Shown: positions 1 through 12,307 of the stretch, piece after piece
How the letters are laid out: each line of letters starts with the position of its first letter
Position numbering within the stretch: the first letter of the stretch is position 1
Source: Octopus bimaculoides
Lineage: Eukaryota
Direction: 5' to 3'
DNA length: 64,000 nucleotides
NCBI RefSeq assembly: GCF_001194135.2
Contig: NC_068991.1
Span: forward strand, 75,074,898-75,138,897
Translations under genes and position numbers: made by a program
Notes under the pieces: model-generated
What the model was told of the DNA's origin: nothing
What the model saw: only the letters and a program-made list of their open reading frames with translations
Database searches by the model: none

Positions 1-57
<57 letters not shown>

Positions 58-87
58 GCCTGTCTGTCTGTCTGCCTATCCAATTCG

Positions 88-127
<40 letters not shown>

Positions 128-145
128 GTCTGCCTATCCAATTCG

Positions 146-226
<81 letters not shown>

Positions 227-240
227 ATTCGATCCGTCTG
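1..240. repeat. (TATC)n/(TGTC)n compound microsatellite with a duplicated CTGCCTATCCAATTCGATC spacer
   Basis: Direct reading of the sequence. Confidence 0.95.
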
Positions 241-282
241 TCCCCTCTATGTGTAGCCCCTTGTGGGCAATAAAGAAATAAG

Positions 283-705
283 AAACGTTAGCACGCCGGG
301 CGAAATGCTTAGCGCTATTTCGTCTGCCTTTATGGTGTGAGTTCAAATTCCGCCTAGGTCGACTTTACCTTTCATCCTTTCGGGGTCGATAAAATAAGTA
401 TCAGTTACACACTGGGGTCAATGTAATCGACTTAATCTCTTTGTCTGTCCTTGTTTGTCTCCTCTATGTTTAGCCCTTTGTGGACAATAAAGAAATAAGA
501 ATCGTTAGAGTGTCGGACGAAATGCCCAGCTGTACTTTTTCAGGTTTCGTCTTGTTGGTTCAGTTCCTGCAGAGGTTAATATTCCCATTCATCCTTTAAG
601 GGTCAACAAAATAAAGTGTAAGCCAAGTACTAGGGTCAGTGTAATCAGCTACTCCTTTCCCGTCTTGAAATTGTTGGTCTTGTGCCAAAATTTGAAACCA
701 TTATG
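283..705 (+). mobile_element. Two tandem tRNA-derived CORE-like SINE copies (family B) ending in a (ATG)n tail
   Basis: GAGTTCAAATTCC B-box-like motif and CTTTCATCCTTTCGGGGTCGATAAAATAAGT CORE-like segment; the same family recurs at 14840, 27090, 40760 and 58445. Confidence 0.8.
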
Positions 706-1675
706 ATGATGATGATGATGATAGTGTCAATAACATCCTACTCCGCCTTTTCTTTTGATATTTTGAGTGGGGTAAAGTGTTTTATGAAAGGAAGATTTTC
801 GCTGGTAATTATCGATGGGCGAATCATCGAGTAGAGATCATGAGTATTGGTACCTATGGCCTCTGCCCCTCCCACCCACACACACTCACACATTATGTAC
901 TTTGACTACAGCTTTAGAGCGTTTTAGTTCTTATTCTTAGCAAGGTAGGTGTTTCTGACACTCAAGTCATATTTAGCGACAATTATAGTTTTCCTTTTTG
1001 GTTAAACATTGCATATTACCGTCTATATTAATTATAGAAAAGCTGATATTAAACTAAGATGCGCATGGAAAACAGAAACAAACGTTGAGGTATGCATACA
1101 CACACAATCACACTATACCCCTTTCACTTTTATACACGCGCGCGCGCGTATATACGACGTGCTTCTTTTAATTTCCGTCTACTAAATCCAGTCTTCTGCC
1201 TTCAACAATCATGGATCTCTTCTTCAGAGTTGTCTTATGGTTTGGGGCATCCTGGACAGTGGCCTAGTTCTAGTCTATGTACGTTGTAGCTCACTGTCAA
1301 TGAACAAATACCATGGGGCCCTGTACTTTGATTTGCCGTGGAGGACCTGTAATGCTGGTAAGACGATCTTGCTTCCGCCCCGCCCCCTCCATCTCCCACA
1401 TAATCCATCACATGATTCTGTCTACGCAACTCTGTGTTGCCCAGCGGCTACGATGATCCAATTACCTCCCTTTATCGTCTTCCCGTTTTGCTTTCTTTCA
1501 GTTTTCCCCGTTTGTCCTGTATTGGAAAGCCTTCTATTTTCCTTGTATATTAATAACTGAATCTAGCTTGTTGTCTCCTGATGTCATTTAACATACTTTT
1601 CAATGATCTTTACTCTTTAGACATTCCAATGTTTGGGTCAACTTTCAGTTTAAGTCCTTTTAAAAAATGAAAAGT

Positions 1676-1983
1676 AAATTAACCGGAAGCGACGATAATG
1701 ACATCCGAAAATTTCATGTAACCAATGTATAGAACATACATATATATTTTGTATGATATGAAAATCGTGCATATATTTTATATGACATCGAACAATCACA
1801 TATATACTGACTATAATAAGTACGTTGGACCAGGTACCTAGGTTGCTATTTCTGAAATACTTAAGATATCACTATAAGATACTGTATGGACGTGGTATAT
1901 CAATAAAATCAAGGCATTTCGCCGGTTTCCTTTATATTCTTATGGAATTATGGGATGTCACTGTCGTCATTTCCGGGCAATTT
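1676..1983. mobile_element. MITE with about 40-bp imperfect terminal inverted repeats
   Basis: AAATTAACCGGAAGCGACGATAATGACATCC at the left end; GGATGTCACTGTCGTCATTTCCGGGCAATTT at the right end. Confidence 0.7.
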
Positions 1984-2599
1984 ACTTACATGATTGTTTT
2001 AAACCCCGAAATTGTATGTTAACCAATGTTTGTCACTTCATAAGAACACATTCAATGAGAGTCTAAGGAACCACATCTCTGCATCAGTCATTGATAAGTT
2101 GTTTCACTTGTTTGTTTATGTTCCAGGTCAGTTGTCCACATGTAAGGATGTGCTCTTTTTTTTTCTCTTATTGATAATCATTCGTTTGTCGATCTCTCCA
2201 TAAGTAGCCTTCATTTGTCCTATTCAGCAAGCGACATTATTTCTTTTATACTCACCCCTGGCGGCAGTAACCAAACTGATGTAATGATGGTTCTAAAATA
2301 TTTTTGAGAACTATCGACAGGTTTCAATGTCGTTGCCCTATGAATCTTTGGCATCCATAACCGGTGGGATGGTTGATGCCGGAAGTCTTTGCGATAAGCT
2401 GATCACTTTGTGGCATGATCCTGGCTGAGATTTAAATCTTAGCTCTTTGATTTTCCTTATCTAGAGTCACATTCTAATGAATCACCATTTAAAGAAAGTT
2501 TGTCATAAAAAAGTAGTAACACATCCGCGTATAGGGCTCGGCCAATTGGCACTGGCTGACATATTGTGAGAGAAGTGAGCAAACACTTGACCGAAAATT

Positions 2600-2653
<54 letters not shown>

Positions 2654-2677
2654 GTAATAGTAGTAGTAGTAGTAGTA
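2600..2677. repeat. (TAC)n/(TAG)n inverted trinucleotide microsatellite
   Basis: Direct reading; explains the poly-T and poly-V ORFs. Confidence 0.95.
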
Positions 2678-2869
2678 TGGGATCATGCACTGCGTCGCTG
2701 AATCCACCATTTGTTGGTGACTCCCTAGTACTCCTAGTGGATGACACCTTTACACCACTCATGCGGAAAGCCTCCAACCCATGGGTCTATTTTGCTGGTG
2801 AGGGATTGACTGGGTCGCATTGCAAGTCCTATCTCAACCTCTTTTAATCGCCTTTTTTTACGACACTTA

Positions 2870-3040
2870 AAGGAAACGCCGGGTTTATTCTTTGGCATGC
2901 CGGTCTCCACAAGGCGCTGAGCAACGTAGAATGAAGTGCTTTGCTCAAGAGAGCACAACATGCTGCCCGGCCCGGGAATCGAACCCACGATCTAGCGATC
3001 GTGAGTGCGACACCCTAACCACTAGGCCACGCGCCTTCTG
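2870..3040 (-). mobile_element. tRNA-derived SINE (family D)
   Basis: Reverse complement reads GGCGCGTGGCCTAGTGGTTAGGGTGTCGCAC...GGGTTCGATTCCCGG (A and B boxes), then CTTGAGCAAAGCACTTCAT; relatives at 5520, 18340, 27744 and 35530. Confidence 0.8.
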
Positions 3041-3103
3041 GAAAGATGGTTAGCAATTATAAAAAAGCTGATAAATTCAACCTAGCCAGAGGGCCATCTA
3101 GAT

Positions 3104-3274
3104 CAGTGTTTTTCAAAATTCTTGTCGCGACCCACACTTTGAAAAACGCTGCTTTCTATTCTGTACTTTTTACCCACCTGCGTTTGTTTTTCTTTCCCTC
3201 TTTTATTGTCCCGACCCATTTTATTTATCTCGCGACACACTGAATGGTCGGAACCCACAGTTTGGAATACGCCC
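3104..3274. mobile_element. hAT (Charlie-like) MITE with 8-bp TSD
   Basis: Starts CAGTGTTTTTCAAA; flanked by ATCTAGAT (3096-3103) and ATCTAGAG (3275-3282), matching the NTCTAGAN target preference; right TIR is degenerate. Confidence 0.7.
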
Positions 3275-3332
3275 ATCTAGAGGAATCCATGCCACATGTT
3301 TCTGCGAGTTGCTCTCTCTCTCCATATCTATA

Positions 3333-3372
<40 letters not shown>

Positions 3373-3715
3373 ATTTTCACTTTTACTTTTCTTATGTGAC
3401 ATGCTTATTTCATACTCGGTACAAGACACCCACCTTAACTTGTAATGTCGAGTAACGCACTTTAATTATATACGGTGATTTAAATTCCTTGCACTACTTT
3501 CACAGAATTATCCAGTATATTATATACAGGAAGTATCTAACTGCTATGTTCATTGAACATTGTTCCGTTAATTTTATTGGTTGTACATTCGTAAATATAA
3601 CGGTGTGGCTTAATGAAAGACCTGATAAGTCATTGAAGCTTTAGTGTGGTCATTGTCTACACACCTTGTAATCAGTCCAAGAACAGAAAAAAAAAAACTA
3701 TTAGAGATCTGTATA

Positions 3716-3949
3716 CAGTTTGGGCCAAAAGTCACCCGACAATAAATCAAAATTCCATAAACACTTTCTTTAATTCTGTATTGACCAGAATGGAAAAATC
3801 TGTCCCCCAAGAAATACTTCAGTGTGAACAATTTACATGATGTTTCATATTTAGATGCTTTTATTAAATTCATTCAGTTGTTAAAACATAAATAAATCTT
3901 AGAATTAAATGGTTTTGGTTTACTGTCAGGTGACTTTTGGCCAACCCTG
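3716..3949. mobile_element. Tc1/mariner-type MITE with TA TSD
   Basis: TA|CAGTTTGGGCCAAAAGTCACCCGACA ... TGTCAGGTGACTTTTGGCCAACCCTG|TA. Confidence 0.85.
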
Positions 3950-4012
3950 TATAATACGGTATAACAGTTTTTTTAAAAAGTACACCAAATGCTACTTTTT
4001 TCTTCTTTTTTT

Positions 4013-4388
4013 TTTGCTGTTACTTGTTTCAGTCATAAGACTCTGGTCATGCTGGGGCACCGCCTTGAAGAATTTGTTAGTCGAATGAATCGACCCCAGG
4101 ATTTTCTTAACGCATAGTACTTATTCTGTGGGCCCTTTCACTGAGCCGCTAAGTTACAGGGACGTTAACAAAGCAGCACCGGTGGTCAAGGAGTGGTGGG
4201 AGACAAACGCGCACACACACACACATATATACGACGGGCTCCTTTCAGTTTCTGTCTACCAAATCCATTCACAAGGCTGTGGTTGGTCCGAGGCTAGAGT
4301 AGAAGACACTTGCCCCAGGTGTGCCATGCAATGGGACTGAACCTGGAGCCATGGGGTTGGGAAGCAAGCTTCTTACCACACATCCACG
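4013..4388 (-). mobile_element. Octopus-type tRNA-derived SINE (family A)
   Basis: Reverse complement of the family A consensus (GGCACCTTGGGCAAGTGTCTTCT...GGTAGACGGAAACTGAAAGAAGCCCGTC...GGCGGTGCTCCAGCATGGCC...TGACTGAAAC), seen more than 15 times in the window. Confidence 0.9.
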
Positions 4389-4828
4389 ACTTCTTGACAT
4401 TCCTTGTAGCTGTGATCCACTGATTGCGATCTTTTTTCATTTTGTGAAGCCTGGCATCTGAAGACTGGTAGCAACTCAAAAGCTATGGCGCACATGGTGG
4501 ATCTGCAAATCTCAATACGTGCATGCATTTGTGTATGTGTGTGTTTTCTGGATGCATGCGTGAGTGTGTTTCCCCGAAAATGTTATGCGTTTCGCCGAGT
4601 AAACTATTAAACATGTGGGTTCAATAGCAAACAATACGATGTGGTATTTATCCCCCGCCGAAATTGCACAGACCCTTGCTTGCCTCTCACGTGACAGGAA
4701 ATGCAGTGAACTGTTGATTGACCTGCAAATTAATTTACCTCAGAATGAGAACCTTTTCGTGATATCAGGATCCATATGCGGTTCTTCCTTTCTATGTCAT
4801 TGTAAAGATAATGTTATAAATCAATCAA

Positions 4829-4860
<32 letters not shown>

Positions 4861-4864
4861 CACC

Positions 4865-4896
<32 letters not shown>

Positions 4897-5519
4897 NNNN
4901 NNNNNNNNNNNNNNNNNNNNNNNNNNNNNNNNNNNNNNNNNNNNNNNNNNNNNNNNNNNNNNNNNNNNNNNNNNNNNNNNNNNNNNNNNNNNNNNNNNNN
5001 NNNNNNNNNNNNNNNNNNNNNNNNNNNNNNNNNNNNNNNNNNNNNNNNNNNNNNNNNNNNNNNNNNNNNNNNNNNNNNNNNNNNNNNNNNNNNNNNNNNN
5101 NNNNNNNNNNNNNNNNNNNNNNNNNNNNNNNNNNNNNNNNNNNNNNNNNNNNNNNNNNNNNNNNNNNNNNNNNNNNNNNNNNNNNNNNNNNNNNNNNNNN
5201 NNNNNNNNNNNNNNNNNNNNNNNNNNNNNNNNNNNNNNNNNNNNNNNNNNNNNNNNNNNNNNNNNNNNNNNNNNNNNNNNNNNNNNNNNNNNNNNNNNNN
5301 NNNNNNNNNNNNNNNNNNNNNNNNNNNNNNNNNNNNNNNNNNNNNNNNNNNNNNATATATATATATATATATATAATAAATGAGTATATGCATATATACG
5401 TACATGTATATACATACCTACATCTACCTGTATATATAGGTGCATATCTGGGTACAGGACGTTGCAAACAAAACAAACAAAAAGAGGAATAGAGTACAGA
5501 AAACGCACAGGCCACATAG

Positions 5520-5690
5520 TAGGCTGGCCTCCATTAAATTACAGGTACTACTCATTTGTTCCAGCTGAGTGGACTAAAGCAGCGTTTAAGTAAAGCGTCT
5601 TGCTCAAGGACACAACGTGCCGCCGGGAATCGAACTCCCGGCCTTACGGTTGTGAACCAAATACCGTAACCACTAAGCTAGGTGCCTTCG
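5520..5690 (-). mobile_element. tRNA-derived SINE (family D)
   Basis: GGGAATCGAACTCCC B-box (reverse) and TCTTGCTCAAGGACACAAC body motif. Confidence 0.75.
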
Positions 5691-6104
5691 CTGATCCAAA
5701 TTCCACGTGTTTTACCGGAGTCAGTTGGGAGTCATGAAAGAAAAATTCTATATTACTCAGAACGTATGAAACAAGGTCTGGGTAAAAGTCTGTAAACGTG
5801 TATGGGGCCTTTTAGGAGAAACTTGTGAAAATGTTTTGCACAAGGCGAAGGGTTTTAGCGCTTTTCATTTTAAAGGCCTTGTCGCAGAGGTTCGACTTGC
5901 TTCGTAAAACATCATCATCGTCGCCGTCGTCGTCATGTCCGACAAGAAGTGGAAGTTATAAAATATATTAGAATGTTGTTATTTGCTCTGCCTCAGCAAT
6001 ATCGAAGAATTCACTATTTTCCGTGGTTAGTAGGCTATGACATTGTGTTGAGTATTCAAGGTAAGAAGAATTTAATTGAATGCAATTTGTTTAGCTTAAT
6101 AATC

Positions 6105-6108
6105 AACA

Positions 6109-6144
<36 letters not shown>

Positions 6145-6243
6145 CCGATACTGAAGATAAGAATAATATGGTAGCAACAATAATAGTAATAACAACAATT
6201 ACCACCACGACAACATTAATAACAATAACCACCGCCACCTCAC

Positions 6244-6284
<41 letters not shown>

Positions 6285-6417
6285 GCGTTTATGATGATGA
6301 TGATGATGATACTGAAGATAAGAATAATATGATAGCAACGATAATAGATAAGAACAGCAACAATAATGACAATAACCACCACTACTACTACCACCACTGC
6401 CATCACCACCACCACAC

Positions 6418-6461
<44 letters not shown>

Positions 6462-6480
6462 GTCACTGCAATGATAATAG
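6105..6480. repeat. (GAT)n/(TAA)n/(CAC)n low-complexity array with an internal duplicated ATACTGAAGATAAGAATAATATG unit
   Basis: Direct reading. Confidence 0.9.
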
Positions 6481-6808
6481 CCACGCTGAAAAGCGAAGAC
6501 ACCTACTGAGTGATTAAAAATACTAATTGAAAGCTTGAGTTCGTTATGTTTCTTTTGTTTTTTTTTGTTTGTTTTTTTTTGTTTTTTTTGGTAAATTGAA
6601 TTTAATTCTATCTTAGATATTTCTGTGAAAAAAAAAAGTTTAATATACTTACGTCCTCGCATGGAATTTGATCAGAATTGTAAATTCATTTTCACTTCTT
6701 AAAAACTATGCAATTTCTACAGATCACTGATATTCCGACTTCAAATTCGCTAGACTGTATCTATTATCCACACACACACACATACACACACGCGCACACA
6801 CACACACC

Positions 6809-6842
<34 letters not shown>

Positions 6843-7628
6843 ACACACTTCTGTTGTCTTGATTCTATCTGTTTCGTGGTATAATTAATTAAACATACGC
6901 GCAGGCGTGGCTGTGTGGTAAGTCGCTTGCTTACCGACCACATGGGTCTATTAGAGAATTTAAGTAAAATTATATTAATGTGTCCAACTGATTAAAAAGT
7001 TCTATTTATTTATGCAGCTGAGGACAGCCCTGCATTTAAACTGATGTATGTAATGATTGCATTTTTCAATTAAACGGACTCTCTTGAAACGGTCGTACTG
7101 CATCGCCTCTTGATATCCTGTTGCTTATTTTGNNNNNNNNNNNNNNNNNNNNNNNNNNNNNNNNNNNNNNNNNNNNNNNNNNNNNNNNNNNNNNNNNNNN
7201 NNNNNNNNNNNNNNNNNNNNNNNNNNNNNNNNNNNNNNNNNNNNNNNNNNNNNNNNNNNNNNNNNNNNNNNNNNNNNNNNNNNNNNNNNNNNNNNNNNNN
7301 NNNNNNNNNNNNNNNNNNNNNNNNNNNNNNNNNNNNNNNNNNNNNNNNNNNNNNNNNNNNNNNNNNNNNNNNNNNNNNNNNNNNNNNNNNNNNNNNNNNN
7401 NNNNNNNNNNNNNNNNNNNNNNNNNNNNNNNNNNNNNNNNNNNNNNNNNNNNNNNNNNNNNNNNNNNNNNNNNNNNNNNNNNNNNNNNNNNNNNNNNNNN
7501 NNNNNNNNNNNNNNNNNNNNNNNNNNNNNNNNNNNNNNNNNNNNNNNNCTACAGAACCTCATATCATACAGGACGGAATCAAGTTGTTCATAATGCTCTC
7601 TCTTATTCATGTAAATGTCCCCCCTCAT

Positions 7629-7674
<46 letters not shown>

Positions 7675-7797
7675 ATTCTGTCTGTCTGTCTGTCTGTCTA
7701 TTAAAACATTTAGATTTAAGATGAATATGGTACTTAAGTTTAGGCACCAGAATTAAGTATAGTATTATCCATACAATTTCAAAATAAGGTGATTAAA

Positions 7798-8089
7798 ATC
7801 AAAATAAGCAACAAGGATATCCAAAGTTAATGCAGTACGATCGTTTCATGGCCCGGCTAAGTCAAAATGTTTTTTTTGCATTCTTCCTTTCTACTTGGAG
7901 AGTTTAAATGTAGTTATAAAAATATGTCCTTCTGTTGAAATGAAATTTCAATAAATTTCTATATCTTTGTGCAGCTGAGGATTGCTCTGCATTTTACATT
8001 TGATGTAATGTTCACATTGCTTAAATAAATGGAGTCGCATGAAACGATCGTACTGCATTAACTTTGGATATTCTTGTTGCTTATTTTGA

Positions 8090-8090
<1 letters not shown>
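7798..8090. mobile_element. MITE with about 53-bp TIRs (partial second copy at about 6980-7132)
   Basis: ATCAAAATAAGCAACAAGGATATCCAAAGTTAATGCAGTACGATCGTTTCATG and its reverse complement at 8038-8090 (one mismatch). Confidence 0.85.
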
Positions 8091-8150
<60 letters not shown>

Positions 8151-8269
8151 GTGTGTTTGTTGGTGTTGTGAGCTGAGTTAAATTCTCCGCACGGCCTATC
8201 TTTGGTGCTAGACTTATTAATATACGTTGAGTGAAATAAACATCGCAGGTACTTTTGCCCTGGGCAGAA

Positions 8270-8360
8270 GTCACTCTGATGTTTTACAAGCTCTTCCGAA
8301 AACACAGCGACATCGGAAACATCACGATGGATTCGGAAGAGCTTTGAAAATATTGATGAC
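8270..8360 (-). ncRNA. Candidate pri-/pre-miRNA hairpin
   Basis: Perfect 13-bp inverted repeat (8288-8300 / 8332-8344). On the minus strand the inner part also pairs, using 4 G-U wobbles, up to a 5-nt loop, and a lower stem extends outward. The plus strand does not pair internally. Confidence 0.5.
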
Positions 8361-8900
8361 AATCTCCAAGCTTCTGTCTGCAGCCAGTGACCTCTTTGAT
8401 GTTTTGCTATAAAATATGTTTCAACCTCTCTGTTTAAACTGAGAGTAATAAGAGAACCAGTTGGTCGCTTAACCCTGCTAGAATTAATAGGCCAATTCTC
8501 CCTCAGGCCGCATTCTGTCATCTTGGGAATGAAGTACACACAATGGATAATCTAGGCTGACACATATACACACCTCACTCGCACACACTCAGGCACATGT
8601 CGATTTCCATACACGCACGCACGCACGCGCGGCGTGTGCGTCCTTTGAACCTGAAAGTTGTTTGAAGTTTGTTGTATTAGAAAAAAATAACAAAAAGCAA
8701 ATCATTTTTATACAATAAATATTGTCGACAGCAAACGTAACACGCCTTCAAATGACAGAAAACGATAGATACATTTTATGGTAATTTACTCGTATAATAT
8801 ACATACATACATACATATGTGCACACAAATACGCACACATATATTTATATATGCGTCTGTTGTGTATATGAGCATCTATCTATTTATCTTTCTGTATCTA

Positions 8901-8931
<31 letters not shown>

Positions 8932-9056
8932 NNNNNNNNNNNNNNNNNNNNNNNNNNNNNNNNNNNNNNNNNNNNNNNNNNNNNNNNNNNNNNNNNNNNN
9001 NNNNNNNNNNNNNNNNNNNNNNNNNNNNNNNNNNNNTGTATATAAAGACACACACA

Positions 9057-9111
<55 letters not shown>

Positions 9112-9150
9112 GCACATACACGAGCGCACACGCTATAGCCACTAAACCAT

Positions 9151-9712
9151 AGGCAGAGGCGTGGATGTGTGGTAAGCAGCTAGCTTTCCAATCACATGGT
9201 TCTAAGTTCAGTGCCACTGCATGGCACCTTGGGCAAGTGTCTTCTACTATAACCTCGGACCGACCAGAGCTTTGTGAGTTGATTTGGTAGACGGAAACTG
9301 AAAGAAGCCCGTCGTCTGTCTTGTCTTCGAAACGTCTAGATAGAATAGAGACAGCTGATGAAGGGATATTCCAAGTGGCTTTCCGTTTTCCTGTGTTCGT
9401 TCCGTTGTCTGTAGTTTATTGTTCTAACGTCCTGTACCCTGATATGCATGTATATAATACACATGTAGATGTAAGTATGTACATATATGTGTGTATACAT
9501 GTATATATATTCTTTGTATTATATATATATATATTTGTGTCTGTATCCACCATCGCTTGACAACCGATGTCGATGTGTTTACGTCCCCGTAACTTAGCGG
9601 TTTGGTAAAAGACACCGATAAAATAAGTACTAAGCTTACAAGGATGTTCGACTAAAGGCGGTGCTCCAGCATGGCCACAGTCAAATGACCTAGCAAATAA
9701 CAGAATAAAATA
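9151..9712 (+). mobile_element. Family A SINE split by an unrelated insert of about 200 bp
   Basis: 5' half at 9151-9316 and 3' half at 9535-9712; the insert is homologous, in inverted orientation, to 5380-5515. Confidence 0.8.
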
Positions 9713-9779
9713 ATGGAAGATCGATTCGATTGGGGAATCCCGGGATGAGCAGAAGTATACAATATTAGAATTTCTATAG

Positions 9780-10305
9780 CCCAGACCCCTAAACTACTAT
9801 TCCCCACCATCATCACCCCTCCAATCACCCACACTCCTGCCTGGACCGCCCTGATTGCTACTGCCCCCATCACTACTACAGACTCTCCATCTTCTCCATG
9901 ATGGCCACCGCTGCCACCACCGCCACCACCACGGCAACTGCTGACAACCTCCAACGCCCCCATTTCCATCGCCACCAATATCATTCTTACCCCAACCCCC
10001 CAAACATCGCCATCCCATCACTCCCCAACGCCTCATTGCACCCACTTCTCCTTATCACCATCCACATTATCACCATGCTCCATTGCCACCATGCTCCATT
10101 GCCACCCCTCTCGCTCCACCCTTCCTCAACACTCTCTGTCCCTCTCCTGCCACCACTACCCTTTCGACCCACCCTCTTCCACCACCAGCACCACTGTCCC
10201 TATCAGCACCCTTATTCCCCTTCACCACCAACACCATCATTCCTCATAACCACCACCACCACCACCACCACATCAACCGCCACCATCGCCATCACACACC
10301 ACATT
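9780..10305. repeat. C-rich (CCA/CAC)n low-complexity region
   Basis: Direct reading; source of the Pro/His/Thr-rich spurious ORFs. Confidence 0.85.
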
Positions 10306-10640
10306 GATTTATGATCAACTATGGCATTTCTGGCAAGCTCTAAATAACCCTGGAAGGTCTCCTTCCACAGCAAGGCATCCCCACCAAACAGATTCTTGTT
10401 GCTAAACATTTCAAAATGCCATCAGTTTCAATTGACTTTTGCTGAGAAGTTTCCCTTCTCTTTACTACCTGCCTGCCTGCTTGCCTGCCTGCCTGCCAGT
10501 CAGTCTGTCTCTCTGTCTGTCTCTCTGTCTGTCTCTCTGTCTGTCTCTCTGTCTGTCTCTCTCTCTCTCTTACCAAATTCTCCCTCTGACTCTTAGTTAT
10601 GTAGATATTTGTGTCTATAAATCTTTTATCTTTTGCCTGT

Positions 10641-11046
10641 TTCAGGCATTTCACTGGAGCCATACTGGAGCACAACCTTGAAGGTTTTTAGACCCCAAAA
10701 ATCTACCTCAAGACTTTTTTTCTTTTTAAGTCCACTACCTATTCTATCAGTGTCTTTTGCTGAACTTCTAAGTCATGGAGACCTTAGCTCACCAACAGCG
10801 GCTGTCAAGTGGTTGTGGGTGACAAACACAGGCACAAACACACACACACACATACACACACACGCATAAGTATATACATATATACACATGACAGACTTCT
10901 TTCAGTTTCCATCTATCAAATCCACTCACAAGACTTTAGTTGGCCTGGGGCTATAATAGAAGACACTTGCCCAAAGTGCCACACATTGGGACTGAACCCA
11001 GAACTATGTGGTTGGTAAGCAAGCTACTTAACACACAACCACTCCT
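10641..11046 (-). mobile_element. Family A SINE
   Basis: Full reverse-complement match to the family consensus. Confidence 0.9.
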
Positions 11047-11871
11047 CTATATGTATCTACTTAAACTCTGTATGAATTGGATGCATGCAAGAGAGTGACC
11101 AAACCAGAGAGCATGTTTGTATATATGTGTGTGCGTGTATATATAAAATACATGCATGCACACATATACATATATAGGTTGAAAGATATTCATATACACA
11201 TGTATATTATGTATATGTGCATACACAATTACACACACACACCTAGAGTGCAAGATGGATGTATTATATTCAAATATAATGCGTATATTGAATATAAGTA
11301 GTCAAATTTTGCAAATGGATGTGCTGTGAACATTTGTCAATACAGTATTGTTACGCGCGCATGTGTACATGCATACACACACGTATTTGCATGCTACTGC
11401 AAGACTCTAAGAGATCATGTTTCTGTTATTAATTACTTTCCATAGACTGAATGCCTTAGGAATTGTAACTGCAACACTCACACTGTATACGTGAAAGCAG
11501 ATCTCCTTTGCAGCCAATCGTTTTAGAATTTTATGAATTGAAGAATTTGGTACATCGACCAATTTTGAAGTCTGCTAATTACTTGTAATATATTTCTTGG
11601 TCGAAGTTCCAGAAAGATGGAACCAATTGGTGTGGGGTACTTTGTATGTCTTTAATAATAAAAGCATTCATTGGTGTGTGGTAAGAAGTTTGCTTCCCAA
11701 CCAAAAGGTTTGTGGTTCAGTCTCATTGCATTGCACCTTGGGCAAGTACCTTCAACTATAGCCCCTATTTCCATGGTTGTGTGCATAAAACAGAAACACA
11801 CCTCTTTGATGTCTTCATTTTTTAACAATTTACTCAGTAGCTTCCATACATTGTGTAACAACCTTACTTAA

Positions 11872-12307
11872 CCCTTTCGTTACTATATTTCTTTTGAGAT
11901 GCTCTGTGTTTCTTTCAATTAATTTGAAATATAACGAAGAATTTAGTAAAATAACTTAATTATCATTAAGCTAGGGTTAGGAACATAAATTGTGACTAAG
12001 GTTTGGTGGAAGATTTTAATTCAAAACTTATGAAAACAAGACATTTGTACTATAGTGCCAGAACTAGTTTCAGCCGTGTTGGTAACGAAAGGGTTAACCA
12101 TATTTCTTTTGAGATGCTTTGTGTTTCTTTCAATTAATTTGAAATATAACAAAGAATTTAGTAAAATAACTTCGTTATCATTAAGCTAGTGTTAGGAAGA
12201 TAAATTGTGACTAAGGTTTGTGGAAGATTTTAATTCAAAACTTATGGAAACAAGACATTTGTATTATAGAGCCAGAACTGGTTTAAGCTGGTTTGATAAA
12301 GAAAGGG
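11872..12307. mobile_element. Tandem pair of piggyBac-type MITEs (TTAA TSD)
   Basis: TTAA|CCCTTTCGTTAC ... GTAACGAAAGGG|TTAA (11872-12093), followed by a near-identical second body lacking the left TIR and ending GAAAGGG|TTAA at 12307. Confidence 0.85.

Noticed and set aside
2345-2395. Small hairpin GGCATC...GATGCC
   Set aside because: Stem is too short and bulged for a miRNA precursor.
8141-8539. 132-aa minus-strand ORF as a coding exon
   Set aside because: Its ends lie in repeat and microsatellite sequence, the donor is weak, the peptide is not recognisable, and the RNA hairpin explains the core better. Not fully excluded.
9652-10409. Pro/His/Gly-rich overlapping ORFs
   Set aside because: Produced by (CCA)n low-complexity sequence in all frames.
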